A stretch of DNA of 64,000 nucleotides from Neocallimastix sp. 'constans' (GCA_050613775.1 JBODTK010000159.1:310001-374000), one strand, 5' to 3'; counted from the stretch's first letter, positions 34,103 to 48,510 are shown. Numbers and translations are program-made. The notes: generated by a model not told the origin, from the sequence alone.

Positions 34103-35509
34103 TTAAACTACTTTCTTTTGTTGAGATTCATCTGGAAGAATACAACCAGTAATATCAGTGAGAGCTTTTGGACAACGAACACGTTCAAAGACGACATCTG
34201 GATTATCTGATCCTTCAAACCATCCAAATCTCCATTCACAACCTGCTCTTAATTGAGATGGAAGTTGACTACATTGGGATTTCGAGGTGACTCCACCATA
34301 ACGTCTGCCCCAACCATCATTTGGAGCTCCCCATTGTTTAGTACAACCATTGAAAATACCAACACCAGCACCTGGAATTTGAAGATCAAAGTGATTACTA
34401 CCAAGATCAGAACCAGTATTCGTAATTTGAACAATCATTTGTTTACCCTTCACATTACCGGAAGTGAATTGAAGTCTCTGACAGGTACAACACTTTTCAT
34501 GTGAAGCAGCGAAACCGTAGGCAAGCTTATCATTGATAACAATAGGTTGATTATTATTACACATGTAGCCTTCTCCATTATCACAGACACTCTTAACTTT
34601 CCAAAGTTCTTCAGTAATTAAGCTGACACCATTCTTTCTGCAAGCTCTAACTGGCTTAGCTCCAGGAACATTAGCATCCCATGAACAGGAAGCAACACAG
34701 CAATCCCAGTAACCCGTAGTTTTTCCAGTTTTTCCACCAACAATATTTGGAAGACCACCTGAAGGACTACTTGAACTTGATTTGTTGTTAGTATTACTGT
34801 TACTGTTAGCATTTTTATTATTCTTATTTTGATTATTATTAGTATTAACATTTCTATTTGCATTGGCATTAGTATTAGCATTAGCATTTCTATTTATATT
34901 AGCATTAGAATTGGCATTTGCATTTTTATTAGCATTAGCATTAGTATTGCCATTAGCATTTACATTAGCATTAGTATTAGCATTGGCATTACCGCCAACT
35001 TTAACATTTGGAACAGCATTGGCATTAGCATTAGTATTGATATTTGTATTACCATTTACAGCAGTATTGGCATTAGTATTTACAGCACCTGTATTACCTA
35101 ATACATTGGTATTAGCATCATTGTTAATAGCTCCATTATTACTACCCCACCAACTCCATGGGTTAAAAGCCCAACCGCTTCCACCAATAGCACTTACAGT
35201 ATTAGCTGTATTAGCTGTATTAGCTGTATTAGCTGTATTAGCAGCATTAGCTATATTATCTGTGTTGGCAGCATTAACAATATTCATACCGCCAATACCA
35301 GTGTTAATAGAAATAGCCAATTTCTGTTCATTCTTTATTCCACACCAACTATTATTTTCAACACCCCAATCACCATAGTTATCAGAATAAATAATTTCCT
35401 GTGTATTTTGACAACAAGGGAAACCTAAATGAACTGAAAAACATTCATCAGCTCTAATTTGAGCAATATTTATTGCAGTTAAAACCGAAAAAATAATAAA
35501 TTTTTTCAT
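34103..35509 (-). CDS. Secreted cellulosomal GH45 endo-beta-1,4-glucanase with one N-terminal fungal dockerin (CBM10-type) and a long Asn/Ala-rich linker; intronless, 468 aa
   Basis: Signal peptide, then the dockerin [11 protein letters not shown]...[14 protein letters not shown]45 motifs [32 protein letters not shown] and GCEWRFGWF are present, with both catalytic Asp residues. Confidence 0.95.
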   Translation of the reverse strand: MKKFIIFSVLTAINIAQIRADECFSVHLGFPCCQNTQEIIYSDNYGDWGVENNSWCGIKNEQKLAISINTGIGGMNIVNAANTDNIANAANTANTANTANTANTVSAIGGSGWAFNPWSWWGSNNGAINNDANTNVLGNTGAVNTNANTAVNGNTNINTNANANAVPNVKVGGNANANTNANVNANGNTNANANKNANANSNANINRNANANTNANANRNVNTNNNQNKNNKNANSNSNTNNKSSSSSPSGGLPNIVGGKTGKTTGYWDCCVASCSWDANVPGAKPVRACRKNGVSLITEELWKVKSVCDNGEGYMCNNNQPIVINDKLAYGFAASHEKCCTCQRLQFTSGNVKGKQMIVQITNTGSDLGSNHFDLQIPGAGVGIFNGCTKQWGAPNDGWGRRYGGVTSKSQCSQLPSQLRAGCEWRFGWFEGSDNPDVVFERVRCPKALTDITGCILPDESQQKKVV

Positions 35510-36762
35510 TGTATATGAATTAAAATTTTAAATATTTACTAATTATAATTATTATTATTTTATTTATTTATTTATTTAATTTTCCTGTTCACAGTCTCTT
35601 ATTATATTTTATAAAACAAATATTAGTTTTTATATACTATGATATTCAATTCTTTAAGATTAAAATTTATCAAAACAAGATTATTTACATATATAAATTG
35701 AATAATTCAATTATTTAAAAGTGGAAATGAGAATAAATATTTATAAAATGATATACCTAAATATATATATATTTTTTCTATAGATACATTTACAATCTAA
35801 AAAAAAAAATAATAATAATTATTTCAATCAATTAAATTATAAATTTCAATTTGATTTTATATTTTTTATACTTTGTTTATTATATTTTTACAATATATAA
35901 CGATATAATATATATATTAATACAGACTATAAAGAAAAAAAAATTTATAATAGTTTCATGAGAATTTTTTACATATAAAAAAATTTTTTTTTTAATAATA
36001 TAATAAATATTGTTTTATTAAAATTTTTAATTTTTTAATATTATATAATAATAAAATAAATTTTACTTTTTATAGAGGTAGTTTCACATTTACATCAAAT
36101 TTTAATTTATTTAATAATTTATTTTATACTATAAATTCTATTATTTAATATTTATTATTTAATATTTAATATTTAATATTTATTATTTAATATTTATTAT
36201 TTAATATTTATTATTTAATATTTATTATTTATTATTTAATATTTAATATTTATTATTTAATATTTATTATTTAATATTTATTATTTATTATTTAATATTT
36301 ATTATTTAATATTTATTATTTAATATTCATCATTAAATATTAAATATTTATTATCTATTTATTTTATTACTTATTTATTTTTTATTGGTAACTACTCTTT
36401 TTTATTATTTATTTTGAAATTTTTTTAAAAAAGGAGAAAAATTATATACTATATTTTGTTTACCTGTAATAATATTTGCTTTTCATATTTATTACTTAAT
36501 ATTTTATAATCTCCATAAATTATTGTAAATAACAAATTTTTTATTTACCACTTACTTCTATCGATAACTTTTATATTTATTTTTATCAATAGATTCCACT
36601 AATTATGAATGACTAAATGAACATATTTTCATTCTAGTAAACTTCAATTTAATTAGTATTATATCATCGAAATTATGATATATTATTATTATTTATTTTT
36701 TTTTTTTATATATTTATAAATTATTATTAATCTATTTATTATTATTAATCAATTATTATTTA

Positions 36763-36840
<78 letters not shown>

Positions 36841-37195
36841 TAATGATTATCATTAATTATTTAAATTATTTTTTAATACCATTTAGTATAGAGCATTTTT
36901 TTGTATTATATTAATAGTATCATACTATTACTATTATTACTTTTGTCAAATTAACAAAGCTTATCACTGTTTTACCTTTGATTAAATTTAATTTGTGCAA
37001 CCCTAAGCTATTAAGGTTGGTGTAACCTTGAATTATACATACTAATTGTTTCATTTATTCGTGAATTGAAAATTTTTATTTTTTAATATATTAAAATTTT
37101 ATTTTTTAATTTATTTAATTAAATTTCCAAAAAAGGGTTTATAAATAAAATAATAAATAAATAAATGAATGAATGAATAAATGAATAAATAAATA

Positions 37196-37452
37196 ATAAT
37201 AATAATAAATAATAAATAATAAATAATAAATAATAAATAAATAATAAATAATAAATAATAAATAATAAATAATAAATAATAAATAATAAATAATAAATAA
37301 TAAATAATAAATAATAAATAATAAATAATAAATAATAAATAATAAATAATAAATAATAAATAATAAATAATAAATAATAAATAATAAATAATAAATAATA
37401 AATAATAAATAATAAATAATAAATAATAAATAATAAATAATAAATAATAAAT
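37196..37452. repeat. (AATAAAT)n heptamer array
   Basis: Near-perfect run. Confidence 0.9.
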
Positions 37453-37659
37453 ATTAATTATTAAATATTAAATATTAATTATTATATATTAAATATTATA
37501 TAATTGAATAATATATAATTGAATAATAAATATTAAATATTAAATAATTAAATAATAAATAATTAATTCATGTTAATGCATTTTAATTTCAACAAGATAA
37601 TTTAGTTCCCTTAGATCAATTATAGTATAATATTTATATATTGTTAAAATAATTTCTTA

Positions 37660-38518
37660 AATATATTACATGATTAATATTGAATGTTTCTAAAATATCT
37701 CTTTTAATATATGGTTTTATATATCATTTATATGAAACCTTCCTCATACTATCTTCATTTGTGTGAATACCTTTTATATTGGGTTTGACATCACATTCAA
37801 TTATAATCCATCATCTTTGAAATCTTAGGGTAATAAAATTTATTACATTTTGAACTAATTATATTATTTTAGCCATTTAAACTTGTTGTAAATAATGTAA
37901 ATTTTTTCTTAATTTATTTAGATTTAGTATTTTAGTTAATTCTTCTTGTAGGCTAATTTTTTAATTTTCCCTTATTAGGCTATTTTTATTTATTTCCAAA
38001 TTAAATACGATTTTTAAATAATCGGCACAATAGAATCAGTTAAATATTCTTCCTTTAATATCTTGTGCTTTTTTATTTTATTTTGCCTATTTCCCCCCTA
38101 AAATCCAAATTTCTAAAAAGAATTTTATATATTTGAATTTTCTCATCATTAAAATATTAATGATTAAAGTTTTATACTTACAACTTCTTGAATACTTTTC
38201 AATTAATAAAAAGAGTTTGAAGATAGATAAACATCATCTATTTGTATAAATGTCATGATTATATTTATTATTTTATTATACCTTTTATCATGAAGGTTTG
38301 TATTATGATTATAATATTAAATTAGTCATCATCTAAATCCATTTCATTCTAGGATTAATAACACCATTATTGTTAGAATGAATCAATTTCATGTTAGGAA
38401 TTACCATTCTACTATATTTCAATTGAATAATTGAGATATTGTATTTTAAATTATTTTGTATTGATCTTTGGCATATTGTCACCTCCATTATTGTTGTTTA
38501 TGTATATTTACCCTTTTG

Positions 38519-38555
<37 letters not shown>

Positions 38556-39810
38556 AATATGAATTATTAAAATAACTTTACTTTAAATAATATGCTTTGT
38601 GGTTGTGCAAAAACCAATGTTTAATAATATGATTGCTTCCATTTTTTGTAAGTAATGTATATTATTAAATTGCATATTGTATATTCATGGGATGGAAATA
38701 ATTTATCACAGAATAGATTCCTTTATGTATAAATATACTGTATTATTGCATTGTTAATAGCCTAGAGTTTAATTTATTAAAATATCAAATTATAATTTTA
38801 TTTAAGAGTCTCCACAGGAGTATAAAAGATCTATAATTTGTTCTTACTGATGATTAAGCGTGTTTTTCTCTATTAAATTACCATTTTTATTATTTTGGAG
38901 TTTTATTTACTTGTGATAATTATTTTCTATCAAATATTATATATTTTTATGAGTTTCTTCAATTTTGTTAATCTTGATTATTTCAAATATTCAGGTTTTA
39001 TTTGACATCCTTAAATTGAAATACAACATGATGAGCTTTTTATCATAATCAAAAAGCCAATTTATTTTTCTTTGACATAATATATTATTCAGCAAACGAT
39101 TCTTTTGCTAAGAATCTTTTTACGAGTCATATGAGACTCTTAAATCTGATAAGACTCAGAAATTAATGATTTACAATTATGTTGTTTATATATTCTATGT
39201 TACTAGCACTTAATTTTTCAAAATTAAATGCTTTTATATTTAATACATTGTAGCTTGTTCATTATATATTTTAATATTTGAAAAAATTAATATTTGAAGC
39301 CTATTTTTCATATATTTAGTATATTCTAACAATTATATAAAATATCTATTTATTTATTTTTTATTGATATATTTTATTTATTTATTTATTTATTTATTTA
39401 TTGATCTATTTATTTATCTACTTATTTATTTATTTATTGATCTATTTATTTATCTACTTATTTATTTATCTATTTATTTATATTTGTATATTAAATTTTA
39501 ATAATTAATTCACTTTTATTATAATTTTTATTTAAATATATAAATTTGCATAAATATTTATAAATTAAAAAAAAAAAAAAGGCAACCTAATTGTATTGAT
39601 AGAGAAAATGTAAAATATTAAATAATAGTGTCTAAGACTAAGATAATTAAATAATTAAATAATAACTAATAAATATTAAAGAATAATAATAATAGGGTAT
39701 ATAGAAACAATACTAATTTGTTGTAGTTCAATGTAGATTTTAATTAATATTAAATAACTATTGAGAAATAAATAGAACAGCAACAGAAGTTGTTGAATTA
39801 AATAACAAAA

Positions 39811-39882
<72 letters not shown>

Positions 39883-41925
39883 AAATAATAAATAATTGAT
39901 TATAATTAATAAATAAATAAAAAGAAGAATTTACTAATCAAAAGTAAATAATTAATAATATTATGTCAAAAAAAAAAAAAAAAAATTAAAATTTAAATTA
40001 TGATAAAAGCTACTCATTATATCAATTGAAGTAAGAATAATAAAATGGTCAAAATGATTAAGAATACAAAATTGAAGGTACTCGTAAAATTTAAAATTGT
40101 TGGTAAAAGGAAGTTATTGCAAGTTAAATAAAACCCCAAAAAGTATAAAAATATAAGAATATAATTTAATAGGGAAAAACAACTTTAAACGTAAATAAAA
40201 GAAAATTATATATTTTCATACTAGAGACTCTTAATTGAAATTATAATTTGATATTTTAACATATAAACTCTTGGCTATTAGTAATGTATTATATCTATTC
40301 ATGAAGGAAATCTACTATGTAATAAACTATTTCTACCCCTTGAATATACAAAAAGCAATTTAATAATATATATTACGAAGATTTAATCAATTATATATTA
40401 GATAATGATTCTTTACAAACAGCAAAAACACATTATTAAAGTATAGTTATTGTAACACTTATTTATACCTATCAAATGGGTATATATAAATATAAACTAC
40501 CATAATGGAGGAGATTATATGTCAAAGATCCCATATAAAGTAATTTAAAATATAGTAACCAAAATATCCAAAGGAAATATAATATAATGATAATTCCTAG
40601 GGTATATTCTAACAATAATAGTATTATTCGACTTAGTGTGAAATGGGTTTAGATAATAACTAATTCAATATAATCATAATGCAAATCTTCATGATGAAAG
40701 GTGTAATAAAATAATAAATATAACCATAAGTTTTATATAAATGGATGATGCTTATCCATCTACAAACTATACTTATTGATTGCAAAGTATTTTAAAGTTA
40801 TAATCATTAAATTTCTATAATGAATATTTTAATGATGAGAAAATTCAAATATATAAAATCCTTCTAGAAATTTGGATTTTAGGGGGAAGTAGGCAAAATA
40901 AAATAAAGTACATAAACCAATATTAAAAGAAGTTTGCTTAACTGGTTTCTGTACTGATTATTCAAAATAATATTTATCTTGGAAATAAATAAAGTAGCCT
41001 AATAGTATGAATAAAATAGCCTAATAGTGAAAATTAACAAAAATTAACCTACAAAAACAAAAAAAAAAATTAACTGAAATATTGAATTTTAATCAATTAT
41101 GAAACAATTTATATTGTTTACTAATAAGTTTTAAATGTCTAGAATAATATAATTAATTATAAATGCAATCAATTTTAATACCTAAAGATTTTCATCAAGT
41201 TCACCAATATATAATTAACAATTCATTTTAATAGTTATCGCTAAAACCACAAAGCGAAAATATATAAAAGTTATTGCTTATCTTCAAAGTGGTTTATAAT
41301 TGTGATTTAAAGTCCTATAGCCCTATATATAAGAGGTATTCACGGAAATTGAGATGGAATAATATCACCCTTCAAGAGAAAAGTTTCCATCATATAAATG
41401 GTAATATACAAACCATATATTATAAGAGATGTTTTAGATGCATCTAATATTAATGGTGTAATAATTTTAAATGATTAGTTTTAGAGGGAAATATTAGATT
41501 ACAAATATATTTAAGAAATTATTTTAGTAATATTTAAATTGAATTAAATAATTAATATAATATAAAATTACTTTTATTCATATAAACTAAATGTTAATTT
41601 AGTAATTTAGAATAGTAATAAATAATAGTTAAATAATAGTTTAATAATATCATAAAATAGGATAATTTTATATACATATATTCACCGGTAAACTAATTTA
41701 TTCATTATAGAATAACTAGGCTTAAGGGGGAATTTTAGAATATGTGAAATACATGAAAAATAAGCTTCAAATGTATTGAAACATATTGTAATATAAATAA
41801 TGTAAAAGCCACAATGTATTAATATAAACACATTTAATTTGGAATAATAAAGTTTTTGAACTCTTTTATCATAAATTATACTAATAAAATTGACAAAATT
41901 ATAAACTATAAATTCCTGACTTTTA
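37660..41925. repeat. Pair of long, diverged, inverted copies of a degenerate coding-like or transposon-like sequence (~37660-38812 vs ~40224-41520; also ~39160-39340 vs ~41730-41925)
   Basis: CCCCCTAAAATCCAAATTTCTA (~38094) vs TAGAAATTTGGATTTTAGGGGG (~40865); TTAAGAGTCTC vs GAGACTCTTAA; GTGAATACC vs GGTATTCAC. No intact ORF; family not recognised. Confidence 0.8.
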
Positions 41926-42036
41926 ACATATTGTAATAATAAATAATAAATAAATAATAAATGAATAAATGAATAAATAATAAATAATTGAATAATAATA
42001 AATAAAAGGAAGAATTTACTAATCAAAAGTAAATAA

Positions 42037-42071
<35 letters not shown>

Positions 42072-42089
42072 ATAGTAAATATTTTAATA

Positions 42090-42557
42090 ATAAATAATAA
42101 TATAAAGAGTATTTATTAATGAATAATAAATAATATAAAAAGTATTTATTAATGAATAATAAATAATATAAAGAGTATTTATTAATGAATAATAAATAAT
42201 AAAAAGAGTATTTATTAATAAATAATAAATAAAAAGAGTATTTATTAATAAATAATAAATAAAAAGAGTATTTATTAATAAATAATAAATAATAAATAAT
42301 AAATAATAAATAATTAATAATAAATAATAAATAATAAATAATAAATAATAAATAATAAATAATAAATAATAAATAATAAATAATAAATAATAAATAATAA
42401 ATAATAAATAATAAATAATAAATAATAAATAATAAATAAATAATAAATAATAAATAATAAATAATAAATAATAAATAATAAATAATAAATAATAAATAAT
42501 AAATAATAAATAATAAATAATAAATAATAAATAATAAATAATAAATAATAAATAATA
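42090..42557. repeat. ~30-34-bp repeats (AAAGAGTATTTATTAAT core) grading into (AATAAAT)n
   Basis: Directly visible tandem units. Confidence 0.9.
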
Positions 42558-44558
42558 AAAAGTAAATAGTAAATAAATTATTGAATAATAAATAAAAAAT
42601 AATAAATTAGAATAAAAAGTAATTATTAATAAATTAAATAAATAATAGAATAATGAATACTCAATATTTTAGAACAATAAAAAAAATTTTTTTAAATACT
42701 ATAAATTATGTAAAAACAAAATAGTTGCGAAGAATGTTTTTTTTTTTTTTTTTGGTTACACCTAATTTAACTTTATGAAATACTTTTTTTCTTCTATTTA
42801 TTTATTTATTTATTATTTATTTATTTTTTTAAGGAGATATTTAATGAAACTATTCCAAGATTCAATATAAAAAAAATTATATATAAAATTTTATTAACAA
42901 AGGCAATAATAACAATATAGCCAATTGGAATTGGAACAATAATAGTATTAATTCTCTATGATTTAACTTTTTATTGATTTATTAATTTAAGAAATAATAA
43001 TAATAATTTTTAAATATTAAATCAAATTATTTATTATTTATTTATTATATACAAGTTATTAATATTAATTTTTAAATAATTATTTATTCATTAACATTTC
43101 TAGATTTATTTTATTTATTATTTATTCATTCATTAATATTTTTATGTAACAAATTTTCATATAAATCTATAGAAAATAATAATAATTAAACTTTTATGAT
43201 TATCTTTTGGAGTCAAATGTTTAATATATTAATAATTAATTTATTTTCAATTAATAATATATAATATATATTACATAAATTATAGATTATTAATTATGTA
43301 ATATATTTATAATATATAATTCAAATATAATGCAATATATATATTATTTATTATATTTAAAATTTTTTTCTTTTTTTCTATTTTTTTTGTTTTTTTTATA
43401 TTATTTATTTATTTATTATTTTCATTTTCATTATTTATTATTTATTATTATTTATTATTATTTATTATTATTTATTATTTATTATTATTTATAATTTATT
43501 TTTTTTTATTATTTATTATTCCATTATTTATGTATAATTATAAATAAAATTTATTTTTTCATTATATATTAATTTTTTTTTTAAAAAAAGTAAAAATAAT
43601 ACTTAGAAGATTTTAAAGAAAATAAATATATCTACTATTGAATTTTATAGATTTTCATTTGATATCGGAAATCTTATTAAAAATTAAATAAATAAATAAT
43701 TACAAAGAATTAAAAAAAATATGTTTTGATAAATTATTAATAATAATAAATTATTTTATTAATCTATCCTTTTTATCATATTCATTTATTATATTTTTAT
43801 ATATACATTATATAAAAATTTATATTAAAAATGAAATATTATTTTAATTAATTCAATGTACAATTTCTATCTATTGGGTATTTAGATTTTTCATATTTAT
43901 TTATTTATTTATTGCTTATAAGCTTTATTATCATCATCCATTATATTATAACTGTTACATTAATTCGTTATATCAATAATAATTGAATTGTTAGAATTTT
44001 GAAAACTATAATTATTTAATCACAACAAAATTAGAGTATCAAAAGAAAAATAAATAAAGAAATAATAAATAAAAAATATAACAATAATAATAATAATTGT
44101 CGAAATAAAAATCATATTTGAAATCTCATTCACATTTTTTTTTTTCTAAAGAAAAAGTAACATTTGATATAATTAAAAGGTATTGTGTAAATTGTATTTA
44201 TCTATATATTAAATTTAATAAATGAAAAATTTTATTACTAGAGTACCATTTTAAAATTATTTATATTTTAAGAAAATAATTATATGAAATTAATTTTGTT
44301 GTTTTATATTTTTTCTTGAATTTAATAATATTGATAATAATATTGATTAATAATATAAATAATAAATTTATTATTGCTTTTAACAATTATTAATCTATTA
44401 TATACATATATATATATTTTTTATGATATTGTATTATTATAATTATAATTTTCAGTAATTAAAGGAAACTAATAATAATACAATAATTAAAATAACAATA
44501 GTAATATATTCCTGCTAAAAACAAAACAAAATAAACAAAAAAAAGAAAATAATACAAA

Positions 44559-44839
44559 ATGAAATTTCATAACATTTATTTTACATTAATTAATATATCA
44601 ATAATATTTCATGAAGCTTCAGGGGAAACAGGACAAACAACTTCAGGGCAAGCAGGGCAATTTATTAATGTATCAAGTGATTGTCAAAGTTTAAATCAAT
44701 TTTTCCAAATTGATCCAACAACAAACTGTTGCGAAGATGTTTGCACAGAATATGATACCCAAAGTCAAGATGTAGAATGTATAGATAATATTAGTATTGA
44801 ATGTGATGCAAATAATAATGTGATACGATTAATAAAGTA

Positions 44840-44874
<35 letters not shown>

Positions 44875-46141
44875 CGCATTTAATTAATAGATATTATAAT
44901 AATGTATATATATTAATAAATTAATAATAAAATAAAATTTTTAAATTTTAATATATTTTGATATAACTAAATTCATTAAAAATTCAAAAACACTCAATAA
45001 TTAAAAATCATTTCAATTATATGATATTAAATAATTATATAAATATATACATAACCTTAAATATATATATATATATTTTGTTTTGGATTGTTTTGCTTTT
45101 GTATAGTGAAAGTTGTAATTTTAGCGATGAAAGTATAAATGTAGACTATTCAAATTTTCCAATTTTACCCAATCTCAAAGAATTGTAATTTAATATTAAT
45201 TATTATTAATTATTTATTATTATTATTAATTATTATTATTATTATTATAATTATTATTATTTTATTTATATTAAGAATATTTTATTCAATTAAATTAATA
45301 ATTCCTTTTTACTTTCATCCCTTTTTATTTATTTTTTTTTTAATATTAAAATTAATTATAGAGAAATAATAAATATGCATAATAAAGCTTTTCCAAGTAT
45401 TCTATTTAATTTACCACATTTGGAAGTTTTGTAATTTTTTTTTATAATTTTCTATAATAAATAATGAATATCTATAAAATAATTTTATTTATACTATTAT
45501 TTTTATTAAAATGTTTATAATAATTTTAATATAATTTTTATTTGATTTTATTAAATATTTAATAAATAGGAAAATTTCAAATTCAAATATAACAGAATTT
45601 TCAAATGAAGTCAATTCTCAAAGTCCTATAAAAGAAATGTAATAAATAATGAATAATAAATTATAATAATTAAATAATAATAGTAATAAATAGTACTTAA
45701 TAATAATAAATAATATTATTTCTTTATCATTTATTTAATTCACTATTAATCATTTGTTAATATTTAAAAAATTTTTTTTTTCCTTTTTTGCTTTTTATTT
45801 TATTTTATTTATTATAGTTATCTTGATAATGATCAAATTAATAACTTTCCATATCAATTTAATAAATTACCAAATTTGAAATATCTGTAAATATATATAT
45901 ATATATATTTTGTAAAGAATATATATATTTGTAATTATTTCATTAAATAAAAATATTTATTTATGTTTAATTTTATTAATATGTATATGCATATATATAG
46001 AAATTTGAATAATAACGAAATTAAAGAACTGTCCAAAGATACAGGATCTTTTTCTTCTATTGAAAAAATGTAATTATGAAGCAATAATAAATATAATAAA
46101 TATTATAAATAAATAAATATATATATATATTATTATATTAT

Positions 46142-46175
<34 letters not shown>

Positions 46176-48227
46176 TATATATATATATATATTTTATTAT
46201 TATTTTAATAACATTTATAATCAAATGTATTTATATAATAATATTTATAGTGAATTAAATAATAATTTGGATTTATTTTCTCTTCCAGAAGAAATTAGTG
46301 ATTTAATCCATTTACAAGTTCTGTAAGTTAAAATAATTATACCACTTTTAACCTTATTTAAAATCTATTATATATTAAATTAAAACGATATTATATATAA
46401 ATTTTATAATTTATTTTATTAATTGTAGGGATCTAGGAAAAACTGATTTAATCGAATTACCTAATAATATATTTAAGTTATCAAATTTAAAATCATTGTA
46501 AGTTTATTAGTGATGATGAATTAAGAAAAAAAAATAATAAATAAATTAATAAATAAATAGATAGATAGATAAATAATAATAATAATGAATATAATAATAA
46601 ATTAATAAGGAAAATAATAATTATTAATAATAAAATAATAATTATTAATAATAAAATAATAATTATTAATAATAAAATAATAATTATTAATAATAAAATA
46701 ATAATTATTAATAATAAAATAATAATTATTAATAATAAAATAATAATTAATAATAAAATACTAATAATATTGATTCATAATATTTTCTAATTTATAATAT
46801 GATATTAATATATAAAAAGTAATATATCTTTTATTCCAGATTTAAATGCAAAAATTATAAATTTTGGAAGTACAATTGATGAATGTAATTTTGAAAATAC
46901 CACTATATCTTGTTATCAGCCGGATACATGTAAAAAAATTATAGGAGGTCAGGAATATCCAGAGTGTACTGAGCAAGAAATTCAACAAATTATTAAAGGT
47001 CAAAAAGAAACAGATCTAGAAAGAAAGAGAAAGTTAAAGATTATAGGATATATCATTGGAGGAGCTGGGCTTATTATTGCTATACTTTTAGGATTCATTA
47101 TTTATAATAGACGTAGTCGTAAAATTAAAAAGGAGAAATTAAAGCATCAAGAAGGAAATTCCGATAGTAATAATAATATTTATGTTTCTGAAAGAATTAT
47201 TGTTCTACCAGATAATGAAAATAATATGATGACCGCATCAACGATGCCTTTGGCCAATGTTAATGTTAGTAGTAGTCCAAGTTCAAGTCCAAGTCTTAGA
47301 AGTGAAAAGAAAGCATATGAAATGAATTCTGATAACCCTTCAGAACCTATCTATGAAGCCTATCCTACTTCACCTACCATGGAAGAAGAACGTCTTCCTC
47401 GACATGCTTCTATTTCAAAGAATGATGTTGTAGTTTCATCTTCCAGTGGTTCAAATTCACAATCTCAATCACAATTTCACACTTCGAGTTCCCGTGCCCC
47501 TCCTTCTTCTCAATATCATTCTAGACTACCACCTCATCCTGAGGAACCTCCAATTTATTCTGCCTTAAATGAATTAAATTCTGCTAATCCTATGAATGAT
47601 GATGATATTGATCGTATGATTGATGCCATGGAAGAAATAGAAAATGATAATGTTTTACCTCCATATTCTGCCACTGATCATAGACAATCCAATTCAAGCT
47701 CTGGATCTATTTCCCTTCTAATGCGTTCAAATAACAATAAAGATAAACATTCTTTCTCTTCTCGACTTCCCCGTTCTTCTCATTCCTTCTCGCAAGATCG
47801 ACGTCAAAATCAACTTCAATCTCAAAATCCAAGACAACGTCAAAGTCAAAGTCAACGTCAACGTCAACATCAACGTCTACATCAACATCAATTCCAAGTC
47901 AATCATGAAAATGAAAATAGTTTTAGTTATCAAGTAAATACAACAATGGATGATAACAAGTTTGATAAAGATCCTTACCTAGATAATTATTATGAAAAAG
48001 ATTATGTCAACGATAAGGATAGATACATGTATGAAAAGGAATCTTCTTGGGATAGATATTATAGGGAAGAAAAGTCCAATAAAGCGCCGGAGGATGAACG
48101 TTTAAAAGCAAAGATAGAAAAAGATAATGAATATTACCAAAATGCATATTCAACATCAGAAGAGAATAGACGTCTAAAATCTAAAATTGAAAAGGAATAT
48201 GAATATTATGAAAAGAAGAAGAAATAA
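44559..48227 (+). CDS. Leucine-rich-repeat single-pass membrane (receptor-like) protein, 9 exons, ~726 aa. Exons: 44559-44836, 45107-45184, 45362-45430, 45570-45638, 45818-45886, 46001-46069, 46251-46322, 46429-46497, 46820-48227
   Basis: Signal peptide and Cys-rich cap (CCEDVC...IECD), then LRRs such as IYLDNDQINNFPYQFNKLPNLKYLNLNNNEIKEL and LDLGKTDLIELPNNIFKLSNLK. These are followed by a Cys-rich C-cap, a TM helix IIGYIIGGAGLIIATLLGFIIY plus RRSRK, and a low-complexity cytoplasmic tail. All introns are phase 2 GT-AG. Confidence 0.88.
46611..46760. repeat. 21-bp tandem repeat in the last intron of the LRR gene
   Basis: AAAATAATAATTATTAATAAT, about 6-7 copies. Confidence 0.85.
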
Positions 48228-48310
48228 AGTAATAAAAAAAAAATAAACAATTAAAAAATATTTTAGGATTAAAAACAATATTAAATCATAATAATAATAA
48301 TAATAATAAT

Positions 48311-48341
<31 letters not shown>

Positions 48342-48417
48342 TTAATAATAATAATAATAATAATAAAAATTATAAAAAAAAATTATAGAATGAAGTTTAA
48401 TATTTATTATAATAAAA

Positions 48418-48448
<31 letters not shown>

Positions 48449-48477
48449 AAATAAAGTAGATTTCAAAAAAACAAAAA

Positions 48478-48510
<33 letters not shown>

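Noticed and set aside
34249..35378. Overlapping and antisense ORFs in GH45, including a 171-aa Ala/Leu-rich plus-strand ORF
   Set aside because: These are shadows of the repetitive AAT/GCT linker codons.
37760..40890. Assignment of the inverted pair to Merlin/IS1595 transposase from WILGG and GIHTN peptides
   Set aside because: The matches are too short and no continuous DDE frame could be reconstructed.
46831..46840. CAG at 46837-46839 as the acceptor of the last LRR exon
   Set aside because: It gives a frameshift and early stop; the AAG ending at 46819 keeps the frame into the TM segment and tail.
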